Below the pieces are notes generated by a model. It was not told where the DNA came from. It saw only the letters and a list, made by a program, of their open reading frames with translations, and ran no database searches. Source: Bacteroidota bacterium (GTDB taxonomy: Bacteria; Bacteroidota; Ignavibacteria; Kryptoniales; JAKASW01). From it: a stretch of 64,000 nt of DNA. Of this stretch, positions 11,572 to 18,168 are shown piece after piece; the stretch's first letter is position 1, and every line of letters begins with the position of its first letter. A program made the position numbers and the translations under genes. The stretch covers positions 30,486-94,485 of the forward strand of contig JAMCXB010000047.1 of NCBI GenBank assembly GCA_023480735.1, in the 5' to 3' direction.

Positions 11572-12166
11572 CTTTCCAGATTACTCGTCAGTGATGGAGC
11601 GAATCCGATTTCCCTGGCAGCAACTCTGTTACGTTTGGATTCAAGATTTCCCTTGTTTAATATTTGGAAGAACCTAGGGTGGACGGGCCCCGGAAGGGGT
11701 CCCGACGGGAGTTTGGAAGGTGAAGGACAAACGGTCGATATGACAAAATGTTGTTCGGGAATAAGGGATGCACAAGTGATAACGGATTCACGCTTTGGAC
11801 GTCACAGCGGTGCTCCCCACAAAGTACAACTACCTAAAGAGCGGGCGCAGAAACTGCGGTTCCCAGTGCTATGGCGAGTCATCGGGTCTGATGACTGACG
11901 AACGGGCAGATATTCTGCTGTTGTGCCTGCTCCAAACCAAACGGAGGGTAAAATGAATTGCGTTACAGTTAAGCAAGCAAAGGATATTCATCCTAATTCT
12001 CAGCCTTGCGCCGCTCCAGTCATGCAGTCAGAAGCTCAACGTTTCGGAATCCCCTACAGCAACAACCGTCCAAAAAGGATCGGATAGTACTTCTACGACT
12101 GCGTCGTCAAAGGAAGTCAAGGGCAATCCAAAGTTATCACCAATTAGGACATCTTCCGTCCAGCCA

Positions 12167-13186
12167 TTGGTTCAATACTACAATGCAGGGGCGACTTATA
12201 ACGGGCCTGAACAGTGGCGGGCCGATCATTACTGTCCGCGATATGGGGTCTTGATGCTCTTTGAAAGCAAGGGCATCACCGGGTCATCATCGGGATGGTC
12301 CACTATGCGAAATCAATATGGGTTCAATGGGATCATCGGGTTGACCCCATCTTATATTGATCAGGCCATATCCGTCGGATATAATTTCAAAAATCTGATC
12401 AGCGGGCTTCCGGATTCTTTGAGCGAATTGAGTTCATGGGTTTCGCTTGCGCTGTCGAAGTATGTCACGAATTTTTATTTTGACGAGCCATGCAATAGCA
12501 ATCACAGTTACTCCCTTGCAACGGCTCGCGATACAATCGGGAGTTTAAGCGGGGGGACTGGAAAGCTCTGGGCGGCCGATTATTGCACTACGGCTCAAAT
12601 GCTCGCCAATGCCTGTCCGACTGACTGCCTGATACAACAATATCCCTACATGGACGATCTCGGCTGCGACAAATATGCTTACACCTTAGGCAGTAGCTGT
12701 AGTCAGGTGATTTCTAATTACACAACGTGGAGAAATTCATTCCCGGACAAGTTCGATTTCATTTGGATCGCCGCCGAGGACGGAGAGACTGGCTGTTATC
12801 AGAACGAGTTTGACTGGATGATTCAAAATGGGGGGATCGGTACTGTTGCTCTATACGTCGATGGGAGTTCAAACTGGTCGGATGTTACGGATTTTTGTCA
12901 GCAGGCATATTCACACGGTTATCTTAACCAGGTATACAGACAGTTCCATTCGGTCTATACATGCCGCTACAATAATGTGAGCTTTCCTCCGGCGTGCTGC
13001 GGTGGGAGCGATTACGGAATGTGGGACGCCTCAACTCAGACTTATATTGAATGCAGCAACCCTAATGGATCCGGCTGCGTGCAAGTGTGGTATCTTACGA
13101 GCAACGTTGATGACAACGGATGGTCCAACCCCACTCCGTACGGATCAACTATCACGTACTTCGGAACAACCAGCCCTTGTCCATAA
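12167..13186 (+). CDS. Cys/Trp/Tyr-rich hypothetical protein, probably a lipoprotein whose true 5' end lies upstream
   Basis: The first canonical start is TTG 12167. The same frame is open from 11957 and there encodes RIFILILSLAPLQSC (lipobox-like) plus a Ser/Thr-rich linker. The only nearby ATG (11953) is in another frame. Confidence 0.6.
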   Translation: MVQYYNAGATYNGPEQWRADHYCPRYGVLMLFESKGITGSSSGWSTMRNQYGFNGIIGLTPSYIDQAISVGYNFKNLISGLPDSLSELSSWVSLALSKYVTNFYFDEPCNSNHSYSLATARDTIGSLSGGTGKLWAADYCTTAQMLANACPTDCLIQQYPYMDDLGCDKYAYTLGSSCSQVISNYTTWRNSFPDKFDFIWIAAEDGETGCYQNEFDWMIQNGGIGTVALYVDGSSNWSDVTDFCQQAYSHGYLNQVYRQFHSVYTCRYNNVSFPPACCGGSDYGMWDASTQTYIECSNPNGSGCVQVWYLTSNVDDNGWSNPTPYGSTITYFGTTSPCP

Positions 13187-13195
13187 GTAAGGGGG

Positions 13196-13867
13196 ATGAA
13201 AATGAAAATGACATTTTATTTATTCTTCGCTTTCTTGCTGCTACTATCCGGAGTGGACTGCAAAGCCCAAGGGAGGCGGATGTACTTCGGCGTGGAATAC
13301 GAGCTTAATCCCACGCCAAGCTTTGTTTTTCACGGTGGAGGAAATCCTGTTAGGTGGGATAATGTTGCACTTTACGCAGGGTATTTCACCGACCGGTATA
13401 CGTCCGTCGAGGCATTTACGACGCTTGGAGAATTCAGTGATCGGAATTACCTGAGCAAAGAGGGCCTCTATTTCCCTGCCGAATATGTCATAACAAAGAA
13501 CGTGGACAGATTCTTATTTGCTACGGCAGGTATTCGGTTGAACCTTGGTTCCAGCTATTCTGCAAGGGGTGTAAGATGGTATTTCTTGTTGGGTACCGAG
13601 GGGATCTTCTTTGGAGCACCGTATCGCGAGAGGAGTATAACTTACTATGATGGCATTCTCGACAGTGTTCTTACGAGGAAATGGGGCTTCCCGATTTTCA
13701 GGTATCAAGGTTGGGGAATAACTCTGCTTGGGTTCAGACTGATTGTGCCGACCCGCTACATAGATCTATCCTGGACCTCACAATTCACGATTCCTGTGCT
13801 TAAATGGGGATGGAACGACATGCCGGATGCCACACTTTTGTCGAGTACGGTAGGAGTCCAGTTTTAG
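13196..13867 (+). CDS. putative outer-membrane beta-barrel protein
   Basis: Signal peptide MKMKMTFYLFFAFLLLLSGVDCKAQ. Alternating aromatic/hydrophobic pattern. C-terminal ...TVGVQF ends in Phe. Confidence 0.6.
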   Translation: MKMKMTFYLFFAFLLLLSGVDCKAQGRRMYFGVEYELNPTPSFVFHGGGNPVRWDNVALYAGYFTDRYTSVEAFTTLGEFSDRNYLSKEGLYFPAEYVITKNVDRFLFATAGIRLNLGSSYSARGVRWYFLLGTEGIFFGAPYRERSITYYDGILDSVLTRKWGFPIFRYQGWGITLLGFRLIVPTRYIDLSWTSQFTIPVLKWGWNDMPDATLLSSTVGVQF

Positions 13868-14886
13868 GGAATCAGCGGCGCCCGATCCGCAATCGAGGCA
13901 GCCAGATCTTCCGGAGGGGGCATTCCTTCCAGGAACCTGTTGAATGCCGCTTCTATTTCTGGAAACGTCTCCAGCCTTACTAACGTCGATCTCAGCGTGG
14001 AGCCGTTCCGGATTCCGTGGACATATCCGTGATAATATTTCCTGAATTCCGTCAGTCCGCGGTGTTCGCCTTTTAACCCTATCTCCATCTTCAGGTGGCG
14101 GAGACAGGTGTCAGCCCGCTCGCGGAAGTCGGCAGGGGGAGGAACGGCGCCGTGTTTAATCAGATGTTTTATATCCCGAAAGATCCATGGATTACTGACG
14201 GCTCCCCTGGCAACCATGACTCCGTCGCACTTTGTTGATTCGAACATATCGAGCGCGTCCTGTGCCGACCGTATGTCGCCGTTGCCTATGATGGGAAGCT
14301 CAGCCATTTCCTTGATGCGCCGGATCCAGTCCCAGTCGGCATCGCCGTCGTGATGCTGCGCCCTCGTGCGTGCATGAATTGTCAGTGCCGATAATCCTTC
14401 GCCTGCGCAAATCTTTGCGACCTCGGGTATCGTAATGGAGTTCGAGTCCCAGCCGAGGCGCGTCTTTAAAGTGACCGGAATTGAAACCGCGCTCTTCACG
14501 GCGTGAATTATCGACTTCATCTGGCCGAGGTCCTTCAGAAGTCCGGCTCCCGCGCCTCGCTGAGCGACTTTGGGAACCCAGCAGCCCGCGTTGATGTCGA
14601 TGAAATCCGGTCCTGCATCTTCTGCCATCCTTGCGGCTTCGGCCATCACGTTCGGATCGCCGCCGAATATCTGGATGCCGACAGGGCGTTCCTTTTCGCT
14701 GGTAATGAGTTTCTGCGTGCTTTTTCTTGCTGAGCGGATCAAACCCTCGGAACTGATGAACTCGGTGTAGACTATGTCCGCCCCGAATTCCTTGCAGATA
14801 AGTCGGAAGCCGAGGTCCGTCACATCCTCCATCGGGGCAAGTGCAACGGGGTTTTCTAATTCGTATTTTCCCAGGTTTATCTTCAT
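13864..14886 (-). CDS. dus: tRNA-dihydrouridine synthase
   Basis: Dus motifs LAPMEDVTDLGFR, DINAGCW (catalytic Cys) and TIHARTR. 340 aa. Confidence 0.92.
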   Translation of the reverse strand: MKINLGKYELENPVALAPMEDVTDLGFRLICKEFGADIVYTEFISSEGLIRSARKSTQKLITSEKERPVGIQIFGGDPNVMAEAARMAEDAGPDFIDINAGCWVPKVAQRGAGAGLLKDLGQMKSIIHAVKSAVSIPVTLKTRLGWDSNSITIPEVAKICAGEGLSALTIHARTRAQHHDGDADWDWIRRIKEMAELPIIGNGDIRSAQDALDMFESTKCDGVMVARGAVSNPWIFRDIKHLIKHGAVPPPADFRERADTCLRHLKMEIGLKGEHRGLTEFRKYYHGYVHGIRNGSTLRSTLVRLETFPEIEAAFNRFLEGMPPPEDLAASIADRAPLIP

Positions 14887-15081
14887 ATTCTGTTCCGCCT
14901 CACAATTTAGGCATAGCGCGCGGGATAGAGCAAGGCGGAAATTGAGAGGTAATTTTGGGGACTACATCCCTCAAAGCTGAGATTTCAAGCGGCTGAGATT
15001 CCAACAAAGCCGCCAACTCAATCGTCCGGTATTCCGGCGAAAGGGGTTCTACTCGGTTTTGTTCTGATGCGCCGAGATGCG

Positions 15082-15111
15082 CTACGGCACAATCTTGTTC
15101 AGCGGATACTC
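15082..15111 (-). repeat. orphan copy of the last 10 codons of hisG (att-like direct repeat, left junction)
   Basis: Reads GAG TAT CCG CTG AAC AAG ATT GTG CCG TAG on the minus strand. 27/30 identical to 24722-24751, with a 22-nt perfect core at 15084-15105. Confidence 0.8.
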
Positions 15112-15116
15112 AAGTT

Positions 15117-15139
15117 GTGCAGGAGCTCTGCTCCTGCAC
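15117..15139. other. perfect hairpin beside the left island junction
   Basis: gtgcaggagc-tct-gctcctgcac: 10-bp perfect stem, 3-nt loop, no U-tract. Confidence 0.6.
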
Positions 15140-15272
15140 CCTGGTCGGAACGCCCCCACCTGAAAATCCTTAGCTTCGTTGGGAGTGGCCTTTTTGGCGC
15201 TTGAATTGTCGGATGATTGAGTCAGCGGAACCGCTCATTTGCCCGCGGCTTTCGCTGAGATATGTACGGCCA

Positions 15273-15306
15273 GTATCAAAACCGAACAGCAGATGTATCA
15301 AAACCG
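15273..15306 (+). promoter_or_regulatory. tandem 12-nt direct repeat upstream of a LuxR-type gene (candidate binding site)
   Basis: gtatcaaaaccg occurs at 15273-15284 and 15295-15306, 22 nt start to start, roughly 190 nt upstream of ATG 15493. Confidence 0.3.
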
Positions 15307-15492
15307 CACACGATATTGGCTCTGAATGCTGGTACTCATTAATCTGGCAGGAATTCAGCGATCTCCAGGCATCACGGCCCGGCAGGGTGTTTGTATGCAA
15401 CTAATCAGAAAGTCGGCCGTTCTCCATCTCATATGGCGGACAATCGGATGAACGGTCAGGTTATGCGTAAGAACATTCGGGAGGATAAGACA

Positions 15493-15738
15493 ATGGGACT
15501 GTCTCAGAATCCGGTGTCAATCGGGGCGGGACTAACCGGCAACGAATCCAAAGTTGCTCGGCTCCTTGCAGAAGGGTTGCGGCGCGAAGAGATCGCGCAA
15601 CAATTGAACGTGAGTATTAGCACAGTCAAATTCCATCTTGAGAATGTGTACAGGAAGCTCGGAGTGCACAACCAGGTAGGAGCGGTGGCTGAGTTCTTGG
15701 GAGACCCGCGTGTAAAGGATGATGGAGATTTGGGATAG
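15493..15738 (+). CDS. GerE/LuxR-type HTH regulator, DNA-binding domain only
   Basis: LTGNESKVARLLAEGLRREEIAQQLNVSISTVKFHLENVYRKLGV. GGGAGG SD before ATG 15493. The track ORF starts at 15391. Confidence 0.8.
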   Translation: MGLSQNPVSIGAGLTGNESKVARLLAEGLRREEIAQQLNVSISTVKFHLENVYRKLGVHNQVGAVAEFLGDPRVKDDGDLG

Positions 15739-15750
15739 TGGAGTACGACG

Positions 15751-15820
15751 AAAACTCACCCGTTTGGGTAGTTGCGCGATCAGGCTGTAGATAGTAAGTT
15801 ATGCCGGTCAAGCCTCGCGG
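15751..15820 (+). repeat. leader block, paralogous to 17866-17935
   Basis: About 48/70 ungapped identities by hand. The core tttgggtRgttgcgcga matches 16/17, and taagttatg is shared. Confidence 0.55.
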
Positions 15821-17009
15821 CAGAGGCCGCGATAATTGGCATCCCCACGCAATGATGGGGATGCCGGGCGAGGACGGAAAAGTGAGCTATTCTGATGAGA
15901 GGCCGGAGTATATTGATGCGGGAGAGCAATCGTGGGGCAATGAAATTCCCGGTAGTAGAATTAGGCTGGAGCGAAAACTGAGGAGATGCATTAAATACAA
16001 GGAATTCTTGTTTGTACTGCTTATTGGAGTGATCTTATTCATCGGTTGCAATAATAATCCAATAAGCTCCGCCAGTTCTCTTTGGACCCAATGTCAGGGG
16101 CTGCCAACCGGTTTGCCTATCACAGGTTTTGCTGCAAGCGGAAGTAATCTGGTTGCGGGGAGTTACAACGCCGTCTTCTCACAAGCTTACATCTTCATTT
16201 CCTTTGACGAAGGTTCAACCTGGCGGTTGGATACCACGTTTCATGCAAAGAATCACTATCCAGGCATTCCCCTTTGGGTCGGCACTCAAGTTACGTTCCT
16301 TTCCGACGGCGCGTACCTCTTTGCCGGGATAGCGGGCGACAGTGGAAACACATACGTCTCCACAGACGGCGGTGCAAGCTGGGTCGAAAGGGATACTAGC
16401 TTTGTTGAAAGTATACTTTCTTTTGCTGCTGAAGGAGGAACCATTTTTGCGGGAACCGGTCGAGGGGTATTCCGATCTACTGACTATGGCATAAGCTGGA
16501 GCGCTGCCAACGCTGGCTTGTATGACTCGCATACAGAGATAGGCCTTGCCGTTAGTGGGATCACGTCTGTTGGCAAAGACATTTTTGCGTGTACCGAGGG
16601 AAATGGAATCTATCGTTCGACGAACGGCGGGGCAAGTTGGGTAAAGGTTAATACCACGCAATTCGATTTTCACAGCCTCGCGCCGATTGGTGCAGAAATC
16701 TTTGCCGGATTTCCCGGAGGTTACTCCAACGGCGGCGTCCTGGGGTCCACGGATAACGGAGCAAATTGGAGGCCTGTCGACGCTGGATTGACGAACCCTT
16801 CAGTCAATGTCCTATGTGCGAACGGTTCTAATCTTTTTGCCGGTACAAACGCAGGGGTATTCCTTTCTTCCAACCTGGGGGAATCCTGGGTAGGTATTTC
16901 AGCGGGGACGAAGATCGATTCATTGGCGGCCATTGCGCTCTTTGCTGGCGGCTCATTCCTTTTTGTAGGAACAGATGAGAGTGGAGCTTGGAGACGTCCG
17001 CTACGCTAA
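15801..17009 (+). CDS. BNR/Asp-box repeat protein, probable lipoprotein
   Basis: Repeated SxDxGxxW boxes (STDGGASW, STDYGISW, STNGGASW, STDNGANW, SSNLGESW). A lipobox-like VILFIGC lies about 80 codons into the ORF, so the true start is uncertain. Confidence 0.75.
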   Translation: MPVKPRGRGRDNWHPHAMMGMPGEDGKVSYSDERPEYIDAGEQSWGNEIPGSRIRLERKLRRCIKYKEFLFVLLIGVILFIGCNNNPISSASSLWTQCQGLPTGLPITGFAASGSNLVAGSYNAVFSQAYIFISFDEGSTWRLDTTFHAKNHYPGIPLWVGTQVTFLSDGAYLFAGIAGDSGNTYVSTDGGASWVERDTSFVESILSFAAEGGTIFAGTGRGVFRSTDYGISWSAANAGLYDSHTEIGLAVSGITSVGKDIFACTEGNGIYRSTNGGASWVKVNTTQFDFHSLAPIGAEIFAGFPGGYSNGGVLGSTDNGANWRPVDAGLTNPSVNVLCANGSNLFAGTNAGVFLSSNLGESWVGISAGTKIDSLAAIALFAGGSFLFVGTDESGAWRRPLR

Positions 17010-17243
17010 AATAAACTCACTGAAAGTCAAAATGAGGATATCTGAAATGAAAAAATAAGGAGGAAGGGATGAGAAAATTCATTTAGCCACAGGCGGCGTA
17101 GCAGCGCCGCCTATAGCAGAAGCGGCAAAATAATCGGCTCAGTATTGGTAATCCACCAGCGGTGGGGTACGCGTGCCTTTTTATTTGCCAGTGATAATTA
17201 CGCAACTATTTTCAGAATTTCAACACTTTGAAGGGAAATAACA

Positions 17244-17835
17244 ATGGGAAAGATAGGAGTAAAAGTAATGCCTCACTGAAAGGGTTATTTCTCTCGCAAA
17301 GGCGCCAAGAACGCAAAGAAATGTTGACGAGCGGTTCGCTTTGCGAGCGGCTTGGCGAGAAACCATAAGTGTGGGGTTACGAGTAAAATACTGGCTTTCG
17401 CTAGCAGCTTTTTTGCTGCTACAGCTTAGCAGCGCTATGATTGCGCAAGGACAACAAGTACTACATGGCACAGTTCCAGCGAGCATCACCAGATTCGGCT
17501 TAAAGCCGGTCTCACGCCTGGATAGTACGAAGCAATTGAATCTCGCAATGTGCCTGCCTGTACGAAACCAGAGTGCATTGAAGAATCTTCTAGGAGAGAT
17601 ATATGATCCGGCCAGCACGGATTATCATCATTATCTAACAGTGGAACAGTTTACCTCACAATTTGGCGCGACGGAATCAGATTACCAGTCGGTGGTTGCC
17701 TTCGCGAAGGCAAATGGATTCACTGTGACTGATACGTCTCCCAATCGCATGATTCTGGATGTGAGCGGAACTGTAGCGAGTATTGAAAAAGCTCTGCACG
17801 TGACGAGTTCTTACGAGACTCCCATCTCACGGATA
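17244..17835 (+). pseudogene. S53 (sedolisin/kumamolisin) peptidase remnant: pro-domain only, 5' end split by a MITE
   Basis: Matches the pro-kumamolisin activation-domain pattern (LGEIYDPASTDYHHYLTVEQFTSQFG...GTVASIEKALHV). The catalytic domain is absent. The 3' breakpoint is approximate. Confidence 0.7.
17265..17380 (+). mobile_element. 116-bp MITE-like element, copy A
   Basis: Differs from copy C at 1 of 116 positions. Imperfect TIR (gtaatgcctcac / gtgtggggttac). 8-bp TSD GAGTAAAA at 17257-17264 and 17381-17388. Confidence 0.8.
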
Positions 17836-17865
17836 ATGCGGATTTGGACTAATTGTGTACGGATA

Positions 17866-17935
17866 AAAAACCGCCCATTTGGGTGGTTGCGCGACCGGAG
17901 GGGACTTCGTAAGTTATGTTTGTCGTGGTTCGCGC
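17866..17935 (+). repeat. leader block, paralogous to 15751-15820
   Basis: See 15751-15820. It lies at the point where S53 homology is lost, upstream of the 18169 gene. Confidence 0.55.
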
Positions 17936-18082
17936 TTAATGGTTCCTCAAGATTGAAATTAGCGGAAATTCAAGAGGAGCGCTTAGTGGCAATGAGAAAT
18001 ACCAAGGTAATCAGTTAAGCAACGGTTCACTGTCACGGCGAGTTCGCAGCATACAACTCAGGGTCGCGTGCCATGCAGTGTT

Positions 18083-18101
18083 GTCGCGTTATTAACGCGA
18101 C
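18083..18101. promoter_or_regulatory. 19-bp perfect inverted repeat (candidate operator)
   Basis: gtcgcgtta-t-taacgcgac, with 9-bp arms, 68 nt upstream of ATG 18169. Confidence 0.35.
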
Positions 18102-18168
18102 GTGATCTTTGTCTGGCTGTAACCGTGTTATGAATGACCACTATCAGCCTAGATACGAAGGAAGGTGT

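Noticed and set aside
11686-11760. cctagggtggacggg...ggtcccgacgggag resembles parts of the ykkC/guanidine-I riboswitch (CUAGGGU, GGUCCGAGAG, CGGGAG).
   Set aside because: Only short fragments match. The conserved ACGGCGGGAxAAAAGCCCGGGAGA half is absent, and the downstream gene is not a guanidine-related transporter or carboxylase.
11635-11898. 87-aa ORF in the intergenic region.
   Set aside because: No SD, no hydrophobic or family features, and Gly/Arg/Pro-rich composition. The region is better explained as non-coding structured DNA or RNA.
14441-14465. T-arm-like strings (ggagttcgagtccca at 14441-14455; also ggttcgaac near 34573) suggested possible tRNA genes.
   Set aside because: Both lie inside well-supported CDSs (dus, dcd). 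No acceptor or anticodon stems can be built around them.
14977-15005. gctgagatt occurs twice with a 6-bp stem (gcggct/agccgc), and it contains the CTGAGA string of TPP riboswitches.
   Set aside because: The rest of the TPP consensus (ACCCTTTGAACCTGATCTGGATAATGCCAGCG-like) is not present, and the neighbouring gene (dus) is unrelated to thiamine. It is probably chance or a minor promoter-region repeat.
17220-17618. Three track ORFs (17220-17618 -, 41074-41331 +, 61802-62287 -) share the peptide MVSRQAARKANRSSTFLCVLGAFAREITLSVRHY, which looks like a small protein family.
   Set aside because: The shared peptide is a translation of the 116-bp repeat. Similarity ends exactly at the element borders, and the flanking parts of the ORFs are unrelated.
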